This document shows positions 8,741-16,386 of a DNA stretch of 35,375 bases, piece after piece. Source of the DNA: a virus (Duplodnaviria > Caudoviricetes); IMG/VR virus record IMGVR_UViG_3300020045_011984, positions 1 to 35,375 of that record, one strand, 5' to 3'. Both the position numbers and the translations under genes were made by a program. Within the stretch, counting starts at the first letter, position 1. Each line of letters opens with the position of its first letter. The notes below the pieces were generated by a model that had not been told where the DNA came from, did not search any database, and was given only the letters and a program-made list of their open reading frames with translations.

Positions 8741-8953
8741 ATGGCTTATAATTCTAAAAATCTGGACAGGAAACGTGCCTTCGTAATGGATAAGTACAAG
8801 GCTTGGAAAGCACAGAATGGCGATATTCCTGATACCTTCTTTGTTAGAGCGGTACTGCCGAAATTGGGACATAGTATGTGTTATTCAACCTTTATGAAGA
8901 GTTATAAGCATTATGAGGTTACGACGGAAGAGAAGCAGTTGAGTATATTTTAA
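8741..8953 (+). CDS. small putative DNA-binding protein (candidate late-gene activator)
   Basis: MAYN..NL...P....I/CY.TF pattern resembling an HTH-like protein; position at end of early region; function inferred. Confidence 0.5.
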   Translation: MAYNSKNLDRKRAFVMDKYKAWKAQNGDIPDTFFVRAVLPKLGHSMCYSTFMKSYKHYEVTTEEKQLSIF

Positions 8954-9007
8954 TTGTGAATTAGTGAGTTTTTCCAATTGTGAATTAGTGATTGAGTGAG
9001 TTAGTGA
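8952..9007 (+). repeat. 8-mer tandem array, copy 4 (longest)
   Basis: AATTGTGA ATTAGTGA gtttttcc AATTGTGA ATTAGTGA TTGAGTGA GTTAGTGA; 8-bp phase kept across the spacer. Confidence 0.95.
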
Positions 9008-9029
9008 TTTAAACTTAAAATAGAAAAAA

Positions 9030-9224
9030 ATGTATAGAGAGATTTTTAAAATAGGAAAGTTGGTAAAGGTTTATACTGGAGGGCATAAATTCTTACAAAT
9101 GATTCACACATTTGGGATTCAACTCTTTGATAAAGAGTATTTGACTTATCAACATGCAGTTGATGACTTAGATAGTTTGCCAAAAGGCGAATATCAAATC
9201 AATAAAATATTTGTAAAAGAGTAA
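9030..9224 (+). CDS. hypothetical protein
   Basis: 64 aa between an 8-mer array and REP copy 3. Confidence 0.6.
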   Translation: MYREIFKIGKLVKVYTGGHKFLQMIHTFGIQLFDKEYLTYQHAVDDLDSLPKGEYQINKIFVKE

Positions 9225-9256
9225 CCTCACCCCAACCCCTCTCCTGTTGAGAGGGG
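9223..9256 (+). repeat. REP-like palindromic element, copy 3
   Basis: AACCTCACCCCAA-CCCCTCTC-CTGTT-GAGAGGGG, overlapping the TAA stop. Confidence 0.9.
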
Positions 9257-9273
9257 CTAATCTAAAACATAAA

Positions 9274-9507
9274 ATGAGAATATTTATAACGGGTTTTTTG
9301 CAGGTTTTTTTTGTTATCCTATCGACGTATTTTGTCGTAAAACAAAGTATTATGGGTGTGGGTGTTGTGGCTTATATAATCGCTATTGTATGGAGCTTTA
9401 ATATTAAAAAGATTGCTTTTGGCACTTGGGAGGATAGATTTCTTTATGCTTCTGGGAGTAGTACTGGTAGTATGATTTCGCTTTGGATTAGTTTGCATTT
9501 GTTGTAG
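9274..9507 (+). CDS. small multi-pass membrane protein (77 aa)
   Basis: About three hydrophobic segments; ATG 9274 after an A-rich leader (track start lies inside the REP hairpin). Confidence 0.7.
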   Translation: MRIFITGFLQVFFVILSTYFVVKQSIMGVGVVAYIIAIVWSFNIKKIAFGTWEDRFLYASGSSTGSMISLWISLHLL

Positions 9508-9510
9508 TTC

Positions 9511-9542
9511 AATTGTGAGTTAGTGATTTAGTGAATTAGTGA
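9511..9542 (+). repeat. 8-mer tandem array, copy 5
   Basis: AATTGTGA GTTAGTGA TTTAGTGA ATTAGTGA. Confidence 0.95.
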
Positions 9543-9557
9543 TTAAAAAATAAGGAT

Positions 9558-9773
9558 ATGGCTTTTAATAAAATTGAACATTGCAAAAAAGAATTAGCAA
9601 TACAAAAGGATTACTTTATGTATGATGGTGAAAAGTATGTAGTTGATTACATAATGACATACAATATCAGTTTGAATAATGAAGGAAGTCCGTTTGTTTA
9701 TGGTTGTAATGTTGAAGAACCTACAAATCAATTAAAGTTAAAAACATTTTTAGTTGATGAGTGGGTTGATTGA
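9558..9773 (+). CDS. hypothetical protein
   Basis: 71 aa, leader AAAAAATAAGGAT. Confidence 0.6.
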   Translation: MAFNKIEHCKKELAIQKDYFMYDGEKYVVDYIMTYNISLNNEGSPFVYGCNVEEPTNQLKLKTFLVDEWVD

Positions 9774-9957
9774 AAAGTGGCTTAATAAAGATGGTACTAT
9801 CTATGAAATAACGTTTTCGGAAGATAGACGGGCGAAGAGTAAAGTGTATTATGCTAGTTGTACAAATAGCAATTTGAAGCCTACAACGCCTTTTGTGATT
9901 GACTATAAGGCATGGCTTGAGATGTGTAAGTTTGGGACGTTTGAGCGGATTGAGTGA
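9757..9957 (+). CDS. hypothetical protein
   Basis: 66 aa; ends ATT GAG TGA within the degenerate array copy 6. Confidence 0.55.
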   Translation: MSGLIEKWLNKDGTIYEITFSEDRRAKSKVYYASCTNSNLKPTTPFVIDYKAWLEMCKFGTFERIE

Positions 9958-9980
9958 TGGGTTTAGTAGTGAGTTAGTGA
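9950..9980 (+). repeat. 8-mer tandem array, copy 6 (degenerate)
   Basis: TTGAGTGA tgggttt AGTAGTGA GTTAGTGA. Confidence 0.75.
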
Positions 9981-10000
9981 TTAAACTACATTTAATTTTT

Positions 10001-10339
10001 ATGGATAAAAAGTTAAAAAGCTTTCAGGATTTAGTTTTTGAGGGATTTGGTCAGCATGAAAGATATGATGAAATATTGTATCAATTAACAAGGTGTAGAG
10101 AAATATTGATTTCGGAATGTGATTTTGTTAAAAAGTTGATGGTTACGGATTTGTATATTTTAGTTGTTACAGTGAATACAATAGTATTAAATAGTCAATC
10201 TCATGTAGTTAGGCAAACGAGTATAATAACTGAAAAGGCTGAAATTGGTGAAAATGAATTATTATTTTCTTTGATGAAAGGTTATAAAAAACCGAGTAGC
10301 ATTTCAATAGATTTGACTCCACAAAAAAGAAAATATTGA
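10001..10339 (+). CDS. hypothetical low-GC accessory protein (112 aa)
   Basis: ATG 10001 (MDKKLKSF); the track's upstream extension runs through the previous gene and the repeat. Confidence 0.55.
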   Translation: MDKKLKSFQDLVFEGFGQHERYDEILYQLTRCREILISECDFVKKLMVTDLYILVVTVNTIVLNSQSHVVRQTSIITEKAEIGENELLFSLMKGYKKPSSISIDLTPQKRKY

Positions 10340-10372
10340 GTATTGTTAATTATAGTTTTAAAAATCTGAAAA

Positions 10373-10753
10373 ATGGAAATTTGTTTGAAAATGCTAATTG
10401 AGCTGAAAAGTTTAATTGAAGAGGCTAACAGAAGTAAAAGTTTTGATATTATTGAATATCCTATTTTCAAATCGGAACGGCTTGTAAATCATTTGAAAAT
10501 GAAAATTGTAAAAGCTGACAACAAAGTTTTAGTTGCAAAGAGAAGTCCTGTAATTAATACTTTATGGTCAATTGAATTAGAGGGTAAACTTTTTTTCGAT
10601 ACAAGCATTTTAAATCCTATAATAGATGCAATAATTAATACAATTAAAAGATATGACCCGATTAATGGTAAACTGGAGAAATATGGTTATTTGGTAAAAT
10701 GGCATTACTCACATGATGAGTTAGATTATTTAGTTGAGATAGAAAAAAATTAG
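10373..10753 (+). CDS. hypothetical low-GC accessory protein
   Basis: 126 aa, followed by a terminator. Confidence 0.55.
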   Translation: MEICLKMLIELKSLIEEANRSKSFDIIEYPIFKSERLVNHLKMKIVKADNKVLVAKRSPVINTLWSIELEGKLFFDTSILNPIIDAIINTIKRYDPINGKLEKYGYLVKWHYSHDELDYLVEIEKN

Positions 10754-10773
10754 TTTTAGGTATGCTGTTGTTG

Positions 10774-10808
10774 AAAGAGTGGGGCTTTTGGTTTCACTCT
10801 TTTTTTTT
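10774..10808 (+). terminator. intrinsic terminator ending the early operon
   Basis: AAAGAGTGGGGC-ttttg-GTTTCACTCTTT stem (with G-U pairs) followed by a T run. Confidence 0.8.
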
Positions 10809-10838
10809 GAAAATAAATTAAAAATATTTACAATTTAA

Positions 10839-10871
10839 CTTGACTTATATTAAATATAAGTATTATATTTG
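10839..10871 (+). promoter_or_regulatory. Bacteroidota sigma-A promoter with palindromic operator in the spacer
   Basis: -33 (c)TTG 10839-10842; -7 TATATTTG 10864-10871 matches TAnnTTTG; ACTTATAT-taa-ATATAAGT at 10843-10861. Confidence 0.8.
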
Positions 10872-10916
10872 TGTCAACAATAAGGCAACGGAGCTTTGTT
10901 GAAAAATGCTAAGACG

Positions 10917-11480
10917 ATGACAAATTTTGAATTTAAAAACATCCACGTTGAAATTGCAGATTTTAAAAATGCGAAAGGTCAATTAAGATACAACATCTTA
11001 ATTGATGGCAAAAATCAAATGGGTTTTTATCTTGCTGATTTAAACAAAGATTCTTTTTTAGAAGACATAATTTTTAACTTTAGAGATTCAGCAAATAGAA
11101 ATTCCCCATTCAATAAAAAAGCTGATTGTATAGCTTTTGCAGAAGAAATTAGAGAACATATAGCTATAGTAGAACAAGATTCTATTGAAAAAGAACAGGT
11201 TTCGCAGATAACAGGCGAAGTTAATAGATTTGAAAAAGAAGTTAGTCAAGAAGTTTTTGCCTATGTTCTTGTAAAACAACAGTTTGATAAAAATAACAAT
11301 CCGTTTCAAGAAGTGCAGCAGGAATATACAAACAATAGTAATATATACGAAGCAGGCAAGCTTTTTGAAGAATATGAAATCAGTAAAGAAAGTCTTATTG
11401 AAATTATAGAGAAAGAGGGATTTAAGTATTGTTCGCCTGAAAAGTTTAAAGAAAATAGAGAATTACTTTTCAATAATTAA
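10917..11480 (+). CDS. hypothetical moron protein (187 aa)
   Basis: ATG 10917 downstream of the promoter; AT-rich; no recognised family. Confidence 0.7.
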   Translation: MTNFEFKNIHVEIADFKNAKGQLRYNILIDGKNQMGFYLADLNKDSFLEDIIFNFRDSANRNSPFNKKADCIAFAEEIREHIAIVEQDSIEKEQVSQITGEVNRFEKEVSQEVFAYVLVKQQFDKNNNPFQEVQQEYTNNSNIYEAGKLFEEYEISKESLIEIIEKEGFKYCSPEKFKENRELLFNN

Positions 11481-11482
11481 CT

Positions 11483-11524
11483 AAAAAAAGCCCCTGAAAT
11501 ATGCTAGAACATATAAAGGGGCTT
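11483..11524. terminator. hairpin, possible minus-strand terminator or attenuator
   Basis: A run, then AAGCCCCT..ATATG-ctagaa-CATAT..AGGGGCTT. Confidence 0.55.
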
Positions 11525-11537
11525 AAATACTAAGACA

Positions 11538-11771
11538 ATGCAAAAATATATTTTTATCGTAACATTGGCAAATGGCACAAAGACGGCACATTCGGCAATT
11601 CAGAGCTTTTTGGAACATCCTTTAGGTGTTCCGCTTTCTAAGCAACAATGGTTTAAGATTACTAAGGATAAGGAGTATCCGATTGAGTATAAAGGTATTG
11701 TTGTTGAGAAAATACCTTTGTTTTCTACTAGTCAGAGTAGGTTAGCGGATTTTGAAGATAGAGTATTGTGA
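11538..11771 (+). CDS. small putative DNA-binding protein
   Basis: 77 aa; beta-HTH-beta-like pattern ending YPIEYKGIVVEK; function inferred. Confidence 0.55.
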   Translation: MQKYIFIVTLANGTKTAHSAIQSFLEHPLGVPLSKQQWFKITKDKEYPIEYKGIVVEKIPLFSTSQSRLADFEDRVL

Positions 11772-11971
11772 AAGCTACTAAACAGGATGTGATAAGACTT
11801 GCAAAGAGCTTGAAACAAGATTTTATGGCTGGTAAGTATAAAGGTAGCTATGTGGAGCGATTAGAAGGTATAGTGTTAGGCTTTGAAAATGCTTTTCGAG
11901 CTGGTAATGGTAATATTGGTATTGAGAGCAGAGGGAAGTATTTTTATTTGTATGTTGATTTGAAAGTTTGA
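11768..11971 (+). CDS. hypothetical protein
   Basis: 67 aa, GTGA overlap with the previous stop. Confidence 0.55.
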   Translation: MKATKQDVIRLAKSLKQDFMAGKYKGSYVERLEGIVLGFENAFRAGNGNIGIESRGKYFYLYVDLKV

Positions 11972-12014
11972 AACAAAGCACTTCGTGAATGAAGGGCTAT
12001 AAACTAATAATAAT

Positions 12015-12437
12015 ATGGAAATGACTTATGATTATTTTAGAATTCTTGTAGCTTTTGTAACGCAAAATGGTGACAAAAAATATGATTTGCCTTTTAATTT
12101 TTACACTATATTAAGGACGGAAGCTTTGTATCCTAAAGTGGGATATAATCCTTTTTTGGTTTTTAGGTTTAATGGGGAGCATCATATAAGTGATTCAATC
12201 CTGAAAATTACATTTAAAGATATTGTTGAAGCTGATGCCCAAATTGGTGAAATGCTTGAATTTAACCGTTTACCTTGTTATCATAGCTTTTTTTTAAATA
12301 AACTTATAAATGGAAATTACTTTCTTTTTTTTAACGACCATATAGAGGTTTGGAAAGAGGATGAAGTTAAGATTGAAAGTTTTGATGAAAGAGGTGTAAA
12401 AGTACTAAGTGTAACAACGCCAAAATTTAGAGGTTAA
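12015..12437 (+). CDS. hypothetical moron protein
   Basis: 140 aa, flanked by inverted copies of a terminator hairpin. Confidence 0.65.
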   Translation: MEMTYDYFRILVAFVTQNGDKKYDLPFNFYTILRTEALYPKVGYNPFLVFRFNGEHHISDSILKITFKDIVEADAQIGEMLEFNRLPCYHSFFLNKLINGNYFLFFNDHIEVWKEDEVKIESFDERGVKVLSVTTPKFRG

Positions 12438-12471
12438 AAAAAAGCCCTTCAATCACGAAGGGCTTTTTTTT
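12436..12471. terminator. bidirectional intrinsic terminator between convergent operons
   Basis: A8-GCCCTTC-aatcac-GAAGGGC-T8. Confidence 0.92.
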
Positions 12472-12901
12472 ATGCTGCTGATTGGTCTAAAGCGAAGGTT
12501 TTGAAGGTTAGGTTAACTACTTTGATGGCTTCGCCTTCTTGCTCACGCTGAGATGTTCTTTCGTAGGGTCGTCCGTCGTGGTTTAGCTTGCCTTGTAGGG
12601 CTAGGTAGGTGTTTTGGACGGTATCGAAATACGCTAGGCTTTCTTCTCTGATTTGTTCGGGTGTTTGTAGTGCGGTGTTGCCTACGAAGGTGAAAATAAG
12701 GGATAATGTTACTTGTATAGTAAGTACCTGTACGTTTGCACCTGTGGTTTTTGAATCTGTAATTTCAAGCTTGATTAAACAAGCTGGAAAGGCTAGGGCT
12801 GGGCGTGTTTCGGACATTAATTGCCCTTTGTTTGCGTCTATCCAGCGTAGTTCGGAAACCGTGGATAAATGTTGTAGGATGTTAAGATATGTTTCTTTCA
12901 T
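12470..12901 (-). CDS. tail terminator / Mu gp37-like head-tail protein
   Basis: LRWID...GQL....RP.L.FPACLI motif; follows the gpG-like gene. Confidence 0.7.
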   Translation of the reverse strand: MKETYLNILQHLSTVSELRWIDANKGQLMSETRPALAFPACLIKLEITDSKTTGANVQVLTIQVTLSLIFTFVGNTALQTPEQIREESLAYFDTVQNTYLALQGKLNHDGRPYERTSQREQEGEAIKVVNLTFKTFALDQSAA

Positions 12902-13422
12902 CGGTTTGTGATTGATTTTTTGATACGGTTGATAATTGATTGCTGTAATACGTTGTTAATGCCCATAAACTGACGTTTGGGCATTTTTTGAGCATAGGCT
13001 TTGAAGGTAAAACCTTGTTGGTTTGATACTATGCCTTTCCTGAATTGCCCTAACTTCGACTTCTTTGTTTTCTTTTGCACTCGGTTTCTAAGGAAGGTTT
13101 CTGAGCGTGAATTGTGTTGGATTGTTCCTCCTTCATTATGTACTTTTGCATAAGGTACTTTGCTTGAGCCTGCTGAAATAGTTACTTGATTTTGAGTAAC
13201 TAATGTCGGGCGGATGCTTCCCATTAATGCACCTGAGCGTACCATTAATGAGCCTTTTTTTACTGGTCGTTTTGTAGGTGACCAAATGTCTGAGCCGAAA
13301 CGTTTTTCTATGAATGACTTTTTAAAGTATTCTGTTGCAGTTTCGGCAATTATGGAGGGTGCTTGTTCAATACGGTGATTGAATTTTGCGAAGAATGCGT
13401 CGATTTTTTGTTGGTTGTTCAT
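12898..13422 (-). CDS. phage virion morphogenesis protein (Mu gpG-like tail completion)
   Basis: L.RSG.L..SI, VPYAKVHNEGG, MPKRQFMG motifs. Confidence 0.88.
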   Translation of the reverse strand: MNNQQKIDAFFAKFNHRIEQAPSIIAETATEYFKKSFIEKRFGSDIWSPTKRPVKKGSLMVRSGALMGSIRPTLVTQNQVTISAGSSKVPYAKVHNEGGTIQHNSRSETFLRNRVQKKTKKSKLGQFRKGIVSNQQGFTFKAYAQKMPKRQFMGINNVLQQSIINRIKKSITNR

Positions 13423-13424
13423 TG

Positions 13425-13491
13425 TTAGCTATGAGCTTTGAGCTATGAGCTTTGAGCTTTTTCTTTTCTCATTGCTCATAGCTTATAGCTA
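13425..13491 (-). repeat. 7-mer (TGAGCTw) arrays in inverted arrangement
   Basis: TTAGCTA TGAGCTT TGAGCTA TGAGCTT TGAGCTT facing CTCATTGCTCATAGCTTATAGCTA; 21 of 24 arm positions complementary. Confidence 0.9.
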
Positions 13492-15909
13492 CTTGATTAA
13501 TAATCCCCAGCGGATTGCATCTACTGAGACTTTGAATATTTTTTTGATGATTAGTCCTATACCTTTTTTGTACTCTGCACGGACTGCTATTTTTTGCCCT
13601 TCGTATTGTTTGATATATAGGTATTGATTAAAGCTTTCGCCTTTTTTCTCAGCCTGAAACCAAACTTCGTCGGGCTTTTGGATTACGTTTTGGAATTCTG
13701 ATATTAGCTCTGTTCCTTCAATTTCTTGAATGATTTTTGGGCTAATGTTTATAACTCGGTTATTGTAATCGTTGTACTCGGTTTGGGTTTTGTCGAAAGC
13801 TTCGGGTGGATTTGTCGAAACTTTCGGCTCGTTGGTCGGAGCTTTGATGTTGAAATCGGCAGGCGAAAGCTCTGATAGCATTTTGTTAGCCTCGGTTATA
13901 TTGCTAACGTATTGCTGATTAGCTGTGAATACCTGCTCGGTTTCGGCTCTGTTGATGCCCCAACCTGATTTTGTTGCCTTCTTGAATTCCTCAGAATTGA
14001 TGAACTCCTGAAAGGTTTTGCTATTGGCTTCAATATCCTGCTTGCCAATTTCATTTTTCATCCGTGGAACGATGTAACAGCGACAATTCCAACCGTTTGG
14101 CGGGTAGATTTTATCCCATGCGGGGTCGTCGGCTGGCAAAATTAACCCGTTCAACAAACGATGTTCTGGGCGTACTTTGTTGTCGTCAACGGTTTTGTAC
14201 ATCCAGTACGGGAATAGCTTTGTTTGCGATTTCAAGCGGTTGTAAGTCGCTGAGGTTTCGCCGACGGAAAGAGCAGTATTGTACTCTGTTCTTAACCATT
14301 CCTCATTATGAATCTTGGTTATTAACGAAGCCCTGATTTTGAAATCTGCAAAACTTGTAGATTCACGGAAGGCTTTATTAAGCAATTGAGATTCTGCAAG
14401 GGTTTTGATGCCTCCGAAACGGAAAAGATTCATTTCGTAAGCCGTTAGTGCGTAAGGGTCGTCTTTGCCGTATTCAATGCCAACAGCCAAAATTACTTTA
14501 TTACCTTTTTTCCAACCTTTACTGAAAGCTTCGGATAGATTTTTAGCTGTGAAATTGAAAATTTCTGCATCAAATTTGCGTTCGCCTGAATCCTCATAGA
14601 AACGTTCTAAGAGAGTATCGTTATTGATACTACCTGAAAGCTTAAAGGTGTGGGGAATTCCACAACAGTTCGTCATTGCCCCGCTCGTTGTCGGGGCGTT
14701 GAGAAAAAAACTGCGAGCGGATAATGTTTGTTGAGTCTGTTTTGCACCTGTGATTTTTACGCCGAATTTTTCAGCGTACCACGTTTGGTCAACTTCAAAA
14801 CTATTCATTGCCTGAGCAGTGAATTTAAAAAGTTGGTCGATGTCTTCGGCTTTTTCAAACTCGAACGTAAGCCCTTTTGGAACTATTCCGTGTTTGATTA
14901 ATGCAGGAATATTGATATTGTTCCATTGTTGCTCAAGCAATTTCATATCATCCTGAACGAGATACCAAAGTAAATCTTGAGAAGATTTTTCCTTAGCATT
15001 TGAGCCGTTGACGGTGTCTTGACCGATTATTGCACCACTTATCAACATACTCATTTCGTTGTTACAAAGCTGAATTAAGTATTGATAGACTTCGCCTTTT
15101 GTGGTTACGTTATCGGCAAATTCAAAAGTTTCCTCTTCGTCTATAATGAACCAAGCAGCAGAGCCCATGTCCTTCATCATTTGCTCAGCACGGCTCATCA
15201 TGGTGGCATCGGTGGTGTTAGTTTTCATCACACGGGGCGGAATTCCGTAAATTTCGCAAAGCTCTGACCAACAGGCTTGAGCAAAGCGTTTCATCAACAC
15301 ATGAGGAACGGCTTTGTTGATAAGCCCTAAGTTTTTTTGGTTGTATTCCAAAATCCAAGTGCCGAACTCTGCCATATCACGATACTTGATGGTGTTGGTA
15401 TTCGTTAAATCCTGAATGAATTCGCCTGTTTGGGGGATTGTGTTTTGGCGTGGTAAAAGCTCTGCTTCTAATTGCTTTGTGTCGTTCATAAACAATTCTA
15501 CAAGCGAATAACCGTAATAGATTGCTTCTAAACCTGTGGCACTTAGAAAACGAAATACAGGGTTTTTTTGAAGTGCCTTTGTTGCCTCAATATCGGTTTC
15601 TCCTTTTGCGTTTTTCAACACGAAAGATGATGATAGTACTTGCTGAATACGGTTGTTGATTTGCGATGTTAGCAAAGAATCGTTCATTATTTCGATGAAT
15701 AACAATTGAAGTTTGTCGTTCATCGGGTATTCAGAATTGTATAATTGAACGGCTTGTTTCCAAGTACGAATATCTTGCTTGGTTTGGAAAATGGCACGTG
15801 GTTGCCATGGTAGCTTTCTGCCTTTTGTGTTGGCTTGGGTGGCTTGTGTGGCTGAAAGCGTTTGGGTTTTTGTGCCAAAAATGCTTTTTATATTGTCTAT
15901 GAATCTCAT
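13489..15909 (-). CDS. portal (DUF935/Mu gp29) - MuF minor head (Mu gp30) - PBECR2-like fusion
   Basis: aa 1-400 portal motifs (W.ELCEIYGIPPR, CNNEMS.LISG.IIGQD); MuF motifs (WLRTEYNTA, D.KVRPEH..L.G, YPPNGWNCRC); C-terminal PDEVW...YLYIKQY. Confidence 0.88.
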   Translation of the reverse strand: MRFIDNIKSIFGTKTQTLSATQATQANTKGRKLPWQPRAIFQTKQDIRTWKQAVQLYNSEYPMNDKLQLLFIEIMNDSLLTSQINNRIQQVLSSSFVLKNAKGETDIEATKALQKNPVFRFLSATGLEAIYYGYSLVELFMNDTKQLEAELLPRQNTIPQTGEFIQDLTNTNTIKYRDMAEFGTWILEYNQKNLGLINKAVPHVLMKRFAQACWSELCEIYGIPPRVMKTNTTDATMMSRAEQMMKDMGSAAWFIIDEEETFEFADNVTTKGEVYQYLIQLCNNEMSMLISGAIIGQDTVNGSNAKEKSSQDLLWYLVQDDMKLLEQQWNNINIPALIKHGIVPKGLTFEFEKAEDIDQLFKFTAQAMNSFEVDQTWYAEKFGVKITGAKQTQQTLSARSFFLNAPTTSGAMTNCCGIPHTFKLSGSINNDTLLERFYEDSGERKFDAEIFNFTAKNLSEAFSKGWKKGNKVILAVGIEYGKDDPYALTAYEMNLFRFGGIKTLAESQLLNKAFRESTSFADFKIRASLITKIHNEEWLRTEYNTALSVGETSATYNRLKSQTKLFPYWMYKTVDDNKVRPEHRLLNGLILPADDPAWDKIYPPNGWNCRCYIVPRMKNEIGKQDIEANSKTFQEFINSEEFKKATKSGWGINRAETEQVFTANQQYVSNITEANKMLSELSPADFNIKAPTNEPKVSTNPPEAFDKTQTEYNDYNNRVINISPKIIQEIEGTELISEFQNVIQKPDEVWFQAEKKGESFNQYLYIKQYEGQKIAVRAEYKKGIGLIIKKIFKVSVDAIRWGLLIK

Positions 15910-15961
15910 TTGAATGTTGTTTGAACGTTGTTTAATCGTTTTCCTGATGGCAGGAATATGA

Positions 15962-16375
15962 TTAGGAATGATTCCACTTTGTATTAGAGCCTGAGCGGAT
16001 TGCTGAGGGTTCTGGGTTTTTGGGAGATATTGCCCAGCCGTCTATGATTGATGACTTCTGTATCTTTTCGAGTGCCTTGATTGCCATTTCGTAGCGTTCT
16101 CTTGCGAGTTCGTAATCTACAGATACGTTGCAAACGGCTATGAAATGCCATTTTGCGATGTCCTTAATGTAGAGGGTTAATTCCTCGTACTTTTCTTTGT
16201 CTGTGCCTGTGCTGGCAAAGATTGTTACAGTATCATAATTGCTTAGATAGCGTGCTACTGTTTGTTGACCGAGGCGAAGTGCCTGCTCAACTTTTGTTTC
16301 GTCGTTGCGTGAAATTACGGCAACGGCTTCGGCATAAATATGCGTTTTGAAGTCTTCTGTTTCTACGAATGCCAT
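15962..16375 (-). CDS. DUF1320 / Mu gp36-like head-tail adaptor
   Basis: YL..YD...IF...KDIA.W......RYE.AIK.L pattern; between terL and portal. Confidence 0.8.
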   Translation of the reverse strand: MAFVETEDFKTHIYAEAVAVISRNDETKVEQALRLGQQTVARYLSNYDTVTIFASTGTDKEKYEELTLYIKDIAKWHFIAVCNVSVDYELARERYEMAIKALEKIQKSSIIDGWAISPKNPEPSAIRSGSNTKWNHS

Positions 16376-16386
16376 GCTGGAATATG

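Noticed and set aside
2931-9256. REP hairpins as integron attC sites
   Set aside because: No RYYYAAC...GTTRRRY boxes and no tyrosine integrase in the window.
2210-9980. 8-mer arrays or REP hairpins as a CRISPR array
   Set aside because: Units are 8 bp and tandem, the intervals are whole genes of variable length rather than 30-40 bp spacers, and no cas genes are present.
13445-13627. 60 aa plus-strand ORF as a MuF immunity gene
   Set aside because: Its start lies inside the 7-mer repeat and it is antisense to the portal-MuF 3' end; likely an artefact.
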